Positions 10,937 to 22,636 are shown, numbered from the stretch's first letter. The stretch: DNA of 64,000 nt from Candidatus Aminicenantes bacterium (GCA_963843505.1 CAWJKR010000007.1:54384-118383); one strand, 5' to 3'. The notes: generated by a model from the letters alone, not told the origin. Numbers and translations are program-made.

Positions 10937-11719
10937 AAAAGACGAATGATCGCGCTTTTCGCGTTGGCCTTCACTCTGGCCGTCGTCGTGCCCGCCTTGG
11001 CCGAAGATCCGGCCGGCAGCCGGCCGCGCAGGACGGCCGAAGCAGCCGCAGACGCGAACGAACCTGCGCAAGGAGATCGTCAAGCTCAAGTACATTCGGG
11101 CCCAGGACATCGCAGCCCCTTCTCTATCCGTATCGTCAGCCGCGAGCGGCCACATCCAGTTCCAATCCCAACATGCCCACGGTCCTCGTCGATCAGCGAC
11201 ACGCCCGAGAACATCGAGAAGATCCTGGCCGCCATCCGCGAGCTCGACGTCAAGCCGGCCGACGTCCTCTATCACGGTCCAGCTCGTCCTCGGCTCGGAG
11301 GACGAGGAGAAGGGCGCCGAACCCATGGCCGCCAGGCGACCCCATCATCAAGGAGCTGCGGAGCCTGCTCAAGTACAATGATTACTCCCTCCTCGACACC
11401 TCCGTCGTCCGGGCCCTCGACCGGCGAGAATTCGGAGGTCCGGATCGGCGAAAGGGCCGAGTTCGAGCTGCGGATGAGGCCCAAGGTCGTCAGGGACGAC
11501 AAGGCTCCCTCATCCAGACGGAGGTCAGGCTGAGGCAGATCCGCATGGCCGGGCTGCCTCCGGGCGCGACCTCGGCCAAGCCCGAGTACATCACGACCGA
11601 CCTCATCGGGACGACGCTCAACATCAAGTCCGGCGACAAGACCGTCGTCGGCGTTTCCAAGCTCGACGGGACGGGACAAGGGGCTGATCCTCATCATCTC
11701 CGGCAAGATCGTCGACTGA
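10933..11719 (+). CDS. Exported protein with a secretin-N/NolW-like repeat, frameshifted
   Basis: Signal-like N-terminus; KEIVKLKYIRAQD...SDTPENIEKILAAIRELDVKP. Confidence 0.55.
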
Positions 11720-11742
11720 CCGAAAACCGGGTCCCGAGAACG

Positions 11743-11772
11743 GGGGACACGTACCCTCGGGTACATGTCCCC
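11743..11772. repeat. REP-like palindrome, copy 1
   Basis: ggggacacgtaccc-tc-gggtacatgtcccc; related copies at 45887 and 48809. Confidence 0.75.
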
Positions 11773-11895
11773 TTCGGGTCCCGTTCGCCTGTCCCATCGC
11801 GAGCCCGGGGGGCCCTGTCGCGGCCTCTCTTCTTTTACCGGCGCGCGACTTCGGGTAAAATGAGACCGGCTGAAGGAGCGAAAGAGGAGGTCCAC

Positions 11896-12900
11896 ATGAG
11901 ACGATCCGCCCTGCCCGTCGTTCTCATCTTCGCCGTCATCTTCTTTCTCGGCCTGACCGCGGCCCAGGCGCCCAAGGCCGGGGACGCCGCGCTCAAGACG
12001 CGCAAGTACGCCGATTACCAGACGCCCCAGTTCTGCGGCACGTCCTGCCACACCGACATCTACCGGCAGTGGCAGCAGGCCATGATGTCCCAGGCCTACA
12101 CCCATCACTGGGACGAGATCGAGTACTTCAAGCTGGCCGTGCCCCAGGCCGAAAAGGACGCCAACGTGGCCGGGGTCAAGGCGGGCTGCAACGGCTGCCA
12201 CGCGCCGATCGCCTTCCTCGCCGGCGACGTTCCGCCGCCCCCGCCCTCAAAGAACAGCCGGGCCAACGAGTCGGTCTCGTGCGAGGTCTGCCACTCGGTG
12301 ACGGGCTTCGAAGGCGACACGCCCCACAACTACAATTGGATCTCGGAGCCCGGCAAGACGAAGTACGGCCCCCGCGCGGGCAAGAACTCGCCGGAGCACA
12401 ACCTGGTCAAGTCCGATTTCCTCGGCACGGCCGATTTCTGCGGCACCTGCCACAACGAGATGAGCCCCTACGGCGTCTGGGTCAAGTCGACCCACCTCGA
12501 GTGGAAGGAGGGCCCTTACGCCAAGCAGGGCGTCAAGTGCCACGACTGCCACATGACCTACGCTCCCGGCAAGTCGGCGGCCATGGGCAACGCCTATCCC
12601 GACGTCCGCCAGCACCTCTTCCACGGCGCCCACGATCCCGGCAAGGTCCGCGGCACGATCGAGCTCCGCATCCACCCGGACATCCTCGAGGCCGTGCCCG
12701 GCGACCCGGTGCGGTTCACGATCGCCCTCTTCAACCAGAAGACGGGCCACAAGTTCCCCTCCGGCTCCGTCGAGGACCGCATCGTCTGGATGCACGTCGA
12801 GGCGGTCGACGCCAAGGGCGCGGTCTACCATCTGCCCGTCGACAAGAAGGGCTTCGACGGCGAGGAATTCACGATCGGCGCCGACACGCTCGCCTATTGA
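11896..12900 (+). CDS. Multiheme c-type cytochrome (c554/c-552-like), copy lacking the C-terminus
   Basis: RBS GAGGAGG; signal peptide; CGTSCH, CNGCH, CEVCH, CGTCH and CHDCH; GHKFPSG motif. Confidence 0.85.
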   Translation: MRRSALPVVLIFAVIFFLGLTAAQAPKAGDAALKTRKYADYQTPQFCGTSCHTDIYRQWQQAMMSQAYTHHWDEIEYFKLAVPQAEKDANVAGVKAGCNGCHAPIAFLAGDVPPPPPSKNSRANESVSCEVCHSVTGFEGDTPHNYNWISEPGKTKYGPRAGKNSPEHNLVKSDFLGTADFCGTCHNEMSPYGVWVKSTHLEWKEGPYAKQGVKCHDCHMTYAPGKSAAMGNAYPDVRQHLFHGAHDPGKVRGTIELRIHPDILEAVPGDPVRFTIALFNQKTGHKFPSGSVEDRIVWMHVEAVDAKGAVYHLPVDKKGFDGEEFTIGADTLAY

Positions 12901-14086
12901 TGTCCCAGGCCTACACCCACCACTGGGACGAGATCGAGTACTTCAAGCTGGCCGTGCCGCACGCCGAAAAGGACCCGCGTCGTGGCCGGCGTCAAGGCCG
13001 GCTGCAACGGCTGCCACGCGCCGATCGCCTTCCTGGCCGGCGACGTGCCCGCCGCCCCTTCCGGCGAAGAACGAGCCGGGCCAACGAGTCCGTCTCGTGC
13101 GAGGTCTGCCACACGGTCACCGGCTTCACCGGCGACACGCCCTACAACTTCAACTGGATCTCCGAGCCCGGGCAGGACCAAGTACGGGCCCGCGCGAGGG
13201 CAAGAACTCGCCGGAGCACGACCTGGTCAAGTCGGAGTTCCTGGGCACGGCGGAGTTCTGCGGGACCTGCCATAACGAGAAGAGCCCCTACGGCGTCTGG
13301 GTCAAGTCGACCCACCTCGAGTGGAAGGAGGGCCCGTACGCCGAAGCAGGGCGTCAAGTGCCAGGACTGCCACATGACCTACGCCGCCGGCCAAGACGGC
13401 GGCCATGGGCAACGCCTATCCCGACGCCCGCCAGCACCTCTTCCACGGCGCCCACGACCACGGGCAAGGTCCGGGGGACGATCGAGCTCCGCATCCACCC
13501 CGACATCCGCGAGGCCGAGCCCGGCGACACGGTCCGGTTCACGATCGCCCTGTTCAACCAGAAGACCGGCCACAAGTTCCCGACCGGCTCGGTCGAGGAC
13601 CGCATCGTCTGGATGCACGTCGAGGCGATGGACGCCAAGGGCAAGGTCTATCACCTGCCGGTGGACAAGAAGGGCTTCGCGGGCGAGGAATACACCATCG
13701 GCGCCGACGCGCTCGCCTACCAGGACATGGGGATCGCCCTCGACGATCCGGCCTTCAAGGGCGTCGCAGCGCGACGGCATCCCCGTCGGGGACCGGATCT
13801 TCCGCATGGCCTATTTCGATCCCCAGGGCCGGATGACCCTCCAGCAGTGGAACACGAAGTCGCTGGGCGTCGACTACCGGATCGGCCCGCGGGAGACCAA
13901 GCTCGAGACCTGCACCTTCACGCCTGCCGGACGGACGTCGCCCTCGGCGACCGCTCACGGTCACGGCCGTCCTCAATTATCAGAAGCTCGTCAAGCCGGT
14001 CGCCGATTTCCTGGGCGTCCCGGCCGACGAAGCCGAGATCGATCGAGGTCAACCGGCACTCGACGACGGTCACGATCGTCGATTGA
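12898..14086 (+). CDS. Multiheme cytochrome, second copy lacking the N-terminus but with a complete C-terminus, frameshifted
   Basis: Restarts at MSQAYTHHWDEIEYF; 12898-13720 is a diverged duplicate of 12083-12897. Confidence 0.75.
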
Positions 14087-14112
14087 CGGCGACGCGAGAA
14101 AGGAGGCCGACC

Positions 14113-15308
14113 ATGAAGAGGATCCTCGGCACCGCCTGGGCGCCGGCGCTCGTCCTGGCCGCGCCGCGGCTGGGCCAGCCTCCAGGCCATGCCGGCCTTC
14201 GCCCGCAAGTACAGCATGACCTGCAAGACCTGCCACGCGCCGTTCCCCAAGCTCAAGCCCTACGGCGAGGAGTTCGCCGGCGAACGGCTTCGTCATCAAG
14301 GACAAGGACGACGCCGCGCTATTACGTCGACACGGGCGACGCGACCGCTGTCGCTCCTCCGGGACGTCCCCATCGCCTTCCGCCTGGAAGGCTTCCTGGC
14401 CTACAACAACGCCGACGCCCGAAGACGCTCGATTTCTCCGCGCCCTACATCCTGAAGATTCCTCTCGGGCGGCGAGATCGCCAAGAACGTCTCCTACTAT
14501 TTCTACTTCTTCTTCAGCGAGCGGGGCGAGGTCGCCGGGCTCGAGGACGCCTTCGTCATGTTCAACGACCTCTTCGGCCGCGACCTCGACCTCTACGTCG
14601 GCCAGTTCCAGGTCTCCGACCCGCTCTTCAAGCGGGAGATCCGCCTGCCCTTCGAGGACTACCAGATCTACGGCGCGAAGGCCGGGCGACTCGCAGGATC
14701 GACCTGACCTACGACCGCGGCGTCATGCTGACCTACGGCTTCAAGACCGGCACGGACGTCACCTTCGAGGTCGTCAACGGCAACGGCATCGGCGAGGCCA
14801 ACGTCTTCGCGAACTTCGACGACGACCAGTACAAGAACGTCCTCTTCCGGCGTCTCCCAGGACGTCGGCCCCGGCCGTCCGCGTGGGCGCCTTCGGCTAC
14901 CTCGGGCAAGGAGCAGCCCGAGGACGCTCGTGAACTCCGTCTGGATGGCCGGCGCCGACGCGACGCTGGCGCGCCAAGCCGTTCGAGCTCAACCTCCAGT
15001 ACGTGGAGCGGCGGGACGACAACCCGTTCTTCGCCGACCATCCTGCCCGATCGAGAGGTCGATGACCCGGGGCGGGTTCGCCGAGCTCGTCTTCCGGCCC
15101 AAGGGCGACGACGGCCGCTGGTACGGCGTCGGGCTCTTCAACGGGTGGATTCCGACCAGGCCCGACCTCCGCTACACGGCCGCGACGGCCCACGCCGGCT
15201 ATCTCCTGCGGCGGAACATGCGGCTCATCGGCGGAGGCGACCTACGTCCTGCGCAGCATCGCCGAACGGCATGTCCGGCTGGGAACGGGTCTCGTCCTGG
15301 GATTCTGA
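14113..15308 (+). CDS. Outer-membrane beta-barrel with N-terminal CxxCH (ExtI-like heme porin), frameshifted
   Basis: Signal peptide, then PAFARKYSMTCKTCHAPFPKLKPYGEEF; beta-strand-rich body; ends GLVLGF. Confidence 0.75.
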
Positions 15309-15324
15309 CGGCACGGCCGCCGGA

Positions 15325-17588
15325 TCAGCCGGCGGCGGCCTTTTCGAGGGCCTCGAGGCGGGCGGCCACGTTCCGGAATCCGGGGTTCCAGTCCCGGATC
15401 TCCCGGAAGAGCGCCGGCGGCCTTCTCGCGGTCGTCGGCGGCTTCCATGATCTCCGCGAGCTCGTAGACGAGGGCGTAGTACTGGTCGGTGCCGGCCTTG
15501 GCTTCGGCCATGGCCCTCTTCATCCACTTCGCGGCCTCGTCGAAATCCCTCTTCTGCCGGTAGCACTGGCTGATGAGGCTGTAGCTCTCGATGGCCAGCC
15601 TCTTGTCCTTGGCCGCCTCGGTCAGCTCGTCGACGGCCTCCGGGATGAGGCCCTGGCCCATGAACGCCAGCCCGAGCTGGTAGTGGGTCTCGGCGTCCGT
15701 CCGCCACGGCGGTCTTGCGCAGGTCCTTGCGGAAATCGGAGACGATCCCCGTCAGGTCCCGCTCGAGCGGGGTGGCGTTCCCCTGGAGCTGGCGGGCCCG
15801 GATCGCGGCGATCCAGCGGAGCTCCACGGCGGCGGCCTCCCGGAGATCGTAGTAGGCCCGCTCGCCGGTATCGGCGTTGATGAAGGGGATGATGTCGGTC
15901 TCGGCGAAGATGTCGGCCGTGCTGACCTTCTCCCCTTCGAGGACCTCGGCTTTGAACGACCCGGACGGCCTTCCGTTTCGCCTCGACCTTCCGGACCTCG
16001 GTCCTCGCGGCCCCGGGACGCTCTCTTCGGCCGTCCTGTCCCCGGCCCGTCCTTCCTCGGCGGCCTTCTCTTCGGCCTTCCTTTCCCCGGCTCTCTTCTC
16101 CTCGGCCTTCTTGCCGGCCGCCTTTTCCTTGTATTGCGCCTCGAGGAGCGTCGTCTTCTCGACCCGCCGGCGGATCTCGTCCTCGTCGATGTGGGTCCGG
16201 ACCTCGTCGAGGACGGCGATCTTCCGGATGATCTGGGGGTCCTCGGGGTAGCGGAAGCGGAGGTTCTCGAGGAGCCGGCGGGCGATCCGGACGAGCCCCT
16301 GCTGGAGGTAGAGGTCGGCCTGGTCCATGATCTCGCGGATCGCTTCGCGGTCCTTTTCCGAAAGGTCCGGCAGCTCCTCCTTCGACCTCGTCGACGGGCA
16401 GCCCCAGCTCCAGCCGGAGGGACCGGACTTCCCGGGCCAGGTCGGCGTCGTCGGGGCGCAGCTCGAGGAGCTCGGAAAAGACGCCGACCATCCGCTCCTT
16501 TTCGCCGAGCCGCCGAAGCTCGTCGAGGATGGCCCGGTCCACGACCTCGAGCTTCTTGACCTCTTTGTTCGGCCCGGTAGATCAGGGCCAGCCGCTCGAG
16601 GGCCGGGAGATGCGGCTTCTGGCTCTCCAGGATGAGGCCCAGGAGGCCGATGGCCTTCTCGTCCTGGTGCTTCTTGACGAGGTTGTTGATGAGGGGCTCG
16701 AAGAGCTCGTAGGCCTGGTCGAGCTTGTCCTTGAGGATCTGGATCCGGCCCAGCTTGATCCGGGCGTTGACGTTGAGGGGGTGGCCGGTGACGATCCGGG
16801 TGAAGATCTCCTCGGCCTTCTTGGTGTCGCCCGCCTCGAAGTGGATGTTGCCGAGGATGTTGAGGAGCTGGAGGTTGTCGGGCGCCGCGAGCGAGCTCCT
16901 TCTCGAGCAGCTCGACGGCCTGGCCGGGCCGCCCCTGCCGCTTGAAGACCTCGACCAGGCCGACGAGTGCCGCGGGCGTCTCCGGGCCGCAGGATCAGGG
17001 CCTCGTTGAGGACGGCCGCGGCCTCGTCGAGCTGGCCTTTTTCGATGCGGACGTCGGCGCTCTCGTTGAGCTGGGCCAGGGCCGCGTCGAGGTTCCCGGA
17101 CTCCCGGAAGAGGCCGGGCCAGGGCCTTCCGCGCGTCGTGGTCCTCCCGGTCGAGCTTGACGATCTTCTCGAAGATGGCGATGGCCTCGGCGGTCTGGCC
17201 CGCCCCGGCCAGCCGGCCCGCGACCGGGCGTAGACGGCCTTGGCCTCGGCGGCGAAACCCTGCTGGACATAGAGGTCGCCGAGCTTGAGGGCGTGATCCG
17301 GGCTGTCGGGCGTGAGCTTGTGGATCTTCTTGCAGATGGCCAGGGCCTGGGAGATAGAGGCCCCGCCGCTCGTACTCCTCGGCGACCCGTCTGGAAGGAC
17401 GCGGATGGCCCTGTCGTTCTGGCCGAGCGCGGATGTAGAGGTCGCCGATGATGTTGCAGAGTGCCGACGTCCTGGGGGTCGCCGAGCGAGAGCTTCTCGT
17501 ACTCGGCGATGGCTTCCTTGACCCGGCCGGCCCTGACGTACTTCTCGGCCTGTTCGACGATCCTGACCCGATCGGCTCGCGCGCTCAT
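15325..17588 (-). CDS. Large tetratricopeptide repeat protein, multiply frameshifted
   Basis: Repeated TPR-like helices (AEKYVRAGRVKEAIAEY, LKLGDLYVQQG); K/E/A-rich linker near 16030-16130. Confidence 0.75.
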
Positions 17589-17600
17589 GGCGTCCCGTCC

Positions 17601-18216
17601 TCAGCCGAGCTTGAAAGAGGTCCGATGGAGGCCCGTCGGCCCCAGCTCCCTCAGCGCCCGGAGGTGCTCCTCCGTCCCGTACCCCTTGTTCCGGGCCAGG
17701 CCGTAGCCTTCGTAGAGCGTATCGAAGGTCTCCATGAGCCCGTCCCGGAAGACCTTGGCCACGATGGAGGCCGCGGCGATCGACCGGCTCTTCCGGTCGC
17801 CCCCGCGGAATGCCCATCTGGCGGTACTTTACATCTTTTATCGGGAAGCCGTCAACCAGGAGCGATGTCCGGGCTGTCGGGCAGGCCGTCGACGGCCCTG
17901 ACCATGGCCAGCTCGGCGGCCCGGAAGATGTTCAGGGCGTCGATCTCGGCGTCGGAGGCCAGTCCCGACGCCCACCGCCAGGGCCTCGCGCGAGGAGGGC
18001 GCCGGCCAGCTCGTCGCGTCGGGTCGGGGCAAGGAGCTTGGAATCGTCGATGTCGCTGGCCCAGGCGGGCGGGCGGCGGGTGAGCCAGGCGGCCGGCAGG
18101 ATGACCGCGACCGCCACGACGGGCCCGAAGAGGGACCCCCGGCCGACCTCGTCGACCCCGGCGACGAGGCGGACGCCCCCGGGCGAGGCTCCTTCTCGAT
18201 CCGGAAGTCCGGCCAC
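17601..18216 (-). CDS. rnhB: Ribonuclease HII, frameshifted
   Basis: [29 protein letters not shown] and NKGYGT motifs; follows rplS. Confidence 0.9.
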
Positions 18217-18226
18217 GGCGCAGGCG

Positions 18227-18575
18227 TCAGGGACGCCTGGTCTTCTTTGAGCCGGGCGGCCTTGCCCTTGAGGTCGCGCAGGTAGTAGAGCTTGGCCCGC
18301 CTGACGCTGGCCTTGCGGACGACCTCGATCGTCTTGATCATCTTCGAGTGGAGGGGGAAGACGCGCTCGACGCCGACGCCGAAAGAGACCTTGCGGACGG
18401 TGAAGGTGGCCTTGACGCTGCCGCCGCGCTTGGCGATGACGTCGCCGCGGAAGATCTGGATGCGCTCCTTGTCGCCTTCCCGGATGATGACGTGGACCTT
18501 GACCGTGTCGCCGACGTTGAAGGGCGCGAGGTCCTTCTTGAGATGTTTATCCTCGACCGCGTTGATCAGGTTCAT
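18227..18575 (-). CDS. rplS: 50S ribosomal protein L19
   Basis: [19 protein letters not shown]...[12 protein letters not shown]...RRAKLYYLR. Confidence 0.95.
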
Positions 18576-19311
18576 TCGTTCTTCCTTTCCTTCCGGATTT
18601 CCTCCAGAAGACTCCCGGTCTTCCGGGGACAGGTCTCCTGTCCAGACCAGGTCCGGCCTCTGCCGGACCGTTTTTTCCAGGGCCTTCTTCCGCCTCCAGC
18701 GCTCGATCTTCGCGTGGTCGCCCGAGAAGAGGACCGCGGGCACCTTCAGGCCGCGGAACTCGCGCGGCCGCGTGTACTGGGGATAGTCCAGGATGCCCCC
18801 GGAGAAGGAGTCGTTCCGCACGGACTCCTCCTTGCCGACGACGCCCGGGACGAAGCGCGCGACGGCGTCGACGACGACGGCGGCGGCCAGCTCCCCGCCC
18901 GACAGGACGTAGTCGCCGATCGAGATCTCGCCGTCGACGAGGTGCGTCGGCGACGCGCTCGTCGACGCCCTCGTAGCGCCCGCAGATGAGAATGACCTGA
19001 CGCTCCGCGGCCAGCTCCCGCGCCAGCCCGGCATCGAGGGTCCGGCCCTGGGGCGAGAGCAGGTAGACCTTGCTCCGCCCGTCCTCGCGGACGGCCTCGA
19101 CGGCGCGAAAGACCGGCTCGGGCTTCAAGACCATTCCTTCCAGGCCCCCGAAGGGCCTGTCGTCGACCTGGCGGTGCTTGTCCGTGGTAAAATCCCGCAG
19201 GTCGTGCACCGCGATCCGGACGACCTCCCGGTCCACGGCCCTCTTGACGACCCCCCCCGAAAAGACGCCGGCGAACATCTCCGGGAAGATCGTGATTATA
19301 TCAAATCTCAT
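18572..19311 (-). CDS. trmD: tRNA (guanine-N1)-methyltransferase, frameshifted
   Basis: [30 protein letters not shown] and YPQYTRP motifs. Confidence 0.95.
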
Positions 19312-19829
19312 TCAAGTCCAAAAGACCCGTCGGGGGGGTCGATGACGATCTCTCCCGCCTTCGGCGTCCACCTTCAGGCAGATGGCCTCGGTGAAGGGGA
19401 CGTAGACCTCTCGTCCTCCGCCCGTCTCACGACGAGCAGGTCCGGCCCGCCGGCGGCCAGGACCGCCGCGACCGTCGCCGACCTCGGCCCCGTCCCGGGT
19501 CACGACCCGGCTGCCGATGACCTGGAAGTCGTAAAAGCCGCCTTCCGCCGAGGCCCGCGAAATCCGATCCGGCGGCGTAGATCTCGCGGCCGGCCAGGGC
19601 GTCGGCCGCGGCCAGCGAGTCGACGCCCTTGAGCTTCAGGAAGTAGGCGTTGCGGTCGAGGGTCAGGGATTCGACCTCGAACGGCTCGAAGCCGTCGCCG
19701 CTCGGGAGATAGACCGTCGCGCCGCCGAATCCTGTGGGCCCCTTTTCGTTGAGCCTGAGCTTGAGCTCGCCGTCGCGGCCCTGGCTCCTGACGACCTTGC
19801 CGAGGGCGACGAGGTCAGGGCTTTTTCAA
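19308..19829 (-). CDS. rimM: Ribosome maturation factor RimM, frameshifted
   Basis: [17 protein letters not shown]-terminus; EVYVPF...ICLKVD C-terminus; position between khpA and trmD. Confidence 0.8.
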
Positions 19830-20052
19830 TGATCTCGAGATTGAAGCGCCTCTTGAGCTTCATCCCCGCGGCGCCGAGGATGATGCGGATGGCCCGGGCC
19901 GTCCGTCCCTGCTTGCCGATCACCTTGCCGAGGTCCTCCGGGGCGACTTTGAGCTCGAGGATGGTGGTCTGTTCGCCCTCGAGCTGGGAAACCTGCACCC
20001 GGTCCGGCTGGTCCACCAACGCCTTGGCAATGAGCTCAACGAGTTCTTTCAC
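19815..20052 (-). CDS. khpA: KH-domain RNA-binding protein KhpA
   Basis: [10 protein letters not shown]...[17 protein letters not shown]. Confidence 0.9.
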
Positions 20053-20063
20053 GGTGACCTCCT

Positions 20064-20336
20064 TTATGCTTTCGCGTCTCGGAGCGGGTTTCGCGGCTGA
20101 CTTGGAGACCCTATCCAAGAGGGATTGGACGGTCGCCGACGGGCGGCACGCCCTTGGCGATCCATTCGTTCGCTTTTTCGAGGTCGAGCTTGACGCCGGC
20201 GGGGTCGTCGAGGGGGGTGTAGGTGCCCGAGCGTGTCCAGGGCCTGGCTCTGGCGGGCTCTCTTCGAGTCCATCACCACGATCCGGTAGGTCGGTTTCTT
20301 CTTCGTGCCAAATCTCATCAAGCGCATGGTCAGCAT
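20064..20336 (-). CDS. rpsP: 30S ribosomal protein S16, frameshifted
   Basis: [25 protein letters not shown]. Confidence 0.92.
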   Translation of the reverse strand: MLTMRLMRFGTKKKPTYRIVVMDSKRARQSQALDTLGHLHPPRRPRRRQARPRKSERMDRQGRAARRRPSNPSWIGSPSQPRNPLRDAKA

Positions 20337-20506
20337 TGTGGTTTCACTTCCGTGTAGAGGTAATTGCTCGAGAATCATAGCGGAATTCAGGGGCAAGTCA
20401 ACTGGAAATCCGGCCCTGTCCCTCGAGAGGACACCCCTTCGGAAGGCCCCTTCCTCTCGCCCGGCGTTCTCTGTTATCCTATGGCCTCAGGAAGGAGACA
20501 AGGGAC

Positions 20507-21299
20507 ATGGCCAAGATCTACTATGTCGGCGACTGGGCGGTCCTGACGGGACCCGTTTTCGCCGAAACGCCGTTCTATCACTCCCCCAAGGGTCTCGACA
20601 TCTTCAACTACGGCAAGTGGCTGAAGGACGCCCTGGAATCGACCGGGAAGCACCAGGTCGAGTCCGTCCCGTCCTGGGATTTCTACAACCGGCTCGGCCC
20701 GGGCGACTACGAGCGCGTCCTGGCCGACTACGACGTCTATCATCTTCACCGACGTCGACGCCAAGCTCTTCCAGCTGGCCCCGAACTTCTTCGACCGCGA
20801 GAAGTTCGGGAAGGCCGTCCTGACCTATCCGGACCGGATCCGCCTGACCGTCGAAGCCATCAAGGAAGGCAAGGCGGCCATGTTCCTCGGCGGCTGGTAC
20901 TCCTTCACCGGCGAGCTGGGCAAGGGCGGCTGGGGCCGCACCCGGCTGCGGGAGGTCCTGCCGGTCCGCTGCCTCGACCACGAGGACCTCGTGGAGAGCA
21001 CCGAGGGCTTCGACGCCGAGCTCACGGCCGCCGGCGAGCGCTTCTTCAAGTCGATCAACCTCCGGACGATGCCGCCGATCCTGGGCTACAACAAGACCAT
21101 GGCCATTCCCGAGGGCCGCGTCCTCCTCGAGGTCCGGGACACGGGCGACCCCCTCCTGGCCGTCCGCAGCTGCGGCCGCGGCCGCGTCCTCGCCTACATG
21201 TCCGACCCCGCCCCGCACTGGGGCCTGAACTTCGTCTTCTGGGAGGACTACGCCGCCTTCTGGCTCGAGTGCGTGGAGCAGGTCCTCGAAGGGCGCTAG
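20507..21299 (+). CDS. GATase1-like (DUF1355-type) protein, frameshifted
   Basis: MFLGGWYSFTG, LPV, LGYN and SDPAPHWG motifs. Confidence 0.7.
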
Positions 21300-22636
21300 G
21301 ACTTCCGCTCTACTTTCAGGCCGCCGAGGAGCTTCTGCACCGAGCGCCCTGCTTCATCATCTTCTGCATTTCCAGGAACTGCTTGACCAGCTGATTGATC
21401 TCGTGGACCGGCCGGCCGCTGCCGCGGGCGATGCGGGCCCGGCGGCTGCCGTTGAGGATCCTCGGGTCGGCCCGCTCCGCCGGGGTCATGGAATCGATGA
21501 TGGCCGCGAAATGGGCGATCTTGCCCTCGTCGACCTGGGCCTTGCCCAGGGCCTTGAGGGGGCCCACCTGGGGGAGGTGGCCCAGGAGGTCCGAGAGCGA
21601 GCCCATCTTCCTCATCTGGACGATCTGCTTCTTGAAATCCTCGAGGGTGAACTCCTGCTTGCGGAGCTTGCGGGCCATGTCCTCGGCCTCGGCGACATCG
21701 GCCTCGTCCTGGGCCTTCTCGATGAGCGACAGGATGTCGCCCATGCCCAGGATGCGCGAGGCCATGCGCTCCGGGTGGAAGACCTCGAGCTTGTCGGGCT
21801 TCTCGCCGACGCCGATGAACTTGATGGGCCGGCCGGTCGCGGAGACGATGGACAGGGCCGCGCCGCCCCGGGCGTCGCCGTCGAGCTTGGTCAGGATGAC
21901 GGCGGTGAGACCGATCTTCTCTTCGAAGGCCTGGGCGCTGCGCACGGCGTCCTGTCCCGTCATGGCGTCGCCGACGTAGATGACTTCGACGGGATCGAGG
22001 ATGTCCTTGACCAGCCGCAGCTCGTCCATGAGCTCGTCGTCGATGTGGAGGCGGCCGGCCGTGTCGACGATGAGGGGATCGAAGCCGCGGTTGGACGTGG
22101 ACTCGAGGAGCTCCTTCAGGGCCTCTTTCGGGGTCGCCATCCGGGCCGCGGTCATCTCGTAGAAGGGAAAGCCGAGGCCCGCGGCGATCGTTCTGAGCTG
22201 GTCCTGGGCGGCCGGCCGCTTCAGGTCGAAAGAGACGAGCAGAGGGTTCTTGCCGATCCCGGGGACCCAGCGGGCCAGCTTGCCGCAGGTCGTCGTCTTG
22301 CCGCTGCCCTGGAGGCCGACGAGCATGAAGATGGACGGGGGCCGGCTCGAGAACCGGAGGGGCTTCTGGGCCCCGCCGAGGATCGCCGGTGAGCTCGTCG
22401 TGGACGATCTTGATGACCTGCTGGGCGGGGTTGAGCCCGTTCAGGACCTCCTCGCCCAGGGCCTTGGCCTTGATCCGGGCCTCGAAGTCCTTGACCACCT
22501 TGTAGTTGACGTCGGCTTCGAGGAAGGCCAGGCGCATCATCTTCAGGGCCTCGGCCATGTTCCTGTCCGTGACCTTGACCTCGCCCCGGAGGAACTTCAC
22601 CATCTTTCCGAGGCCGCCGGCGAGCTGATCGAACAT
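21296..22636 (-). CDS. ffh: Signal recognition particle protein, frameshifted
   Basis: GLQGSGKTTT, DTAGR, TKLDGDARGG and SRRARIARGSG motifs. Confidence 0.95.
   Translation of the reverse strand: MFDQLAGGLGKMVKFLRGEVKVTDRNMAEALKMMRLAFLEADVNYKVVKDFEARIKAKALGEEVLNGLNPAQQVIKIVHDELTGDPRRGPEAPPVLEPAPVHLHARRPPGQRQDDDLRQAGPLGPRDRQEPSARLFRPEAAGRPGPAQNDRRGPRLSLLRDDRGPDGDPERGPEGAPRVHVQPRLRSPHRRHGRPPPHRRRAHGRAAAGQGHPRSRRSHLRRRRHDGTGRRAQRPGLRREDRSHRRHPDQARRRRPGRRGPVHRLRDRPAHQVHRRRREARQARGLPPGAHGLAHPGHGRHPVAHREGPGRGRCRRGRGHGPQAPQAGVHPRGFQEADRPDEEDGLALGPPGPPPPGGPPQGPGQGPGRRGQDRPFRGHHRFHDPGGAGRPEDPQRQPPGPHRPRQRPAGPRDQSAGQAVPGNAEDDEAGRSVQKLLGGLKVERKS

Noticed and set aside
12898-12900. TGA as a selenocysteine codon (ExtKL-like selenoprotein)
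   Set aside because: The TGA derives from the duplicated ATGATG (Met-Met) sequence at the junction, and the downstream copy is in a different frame
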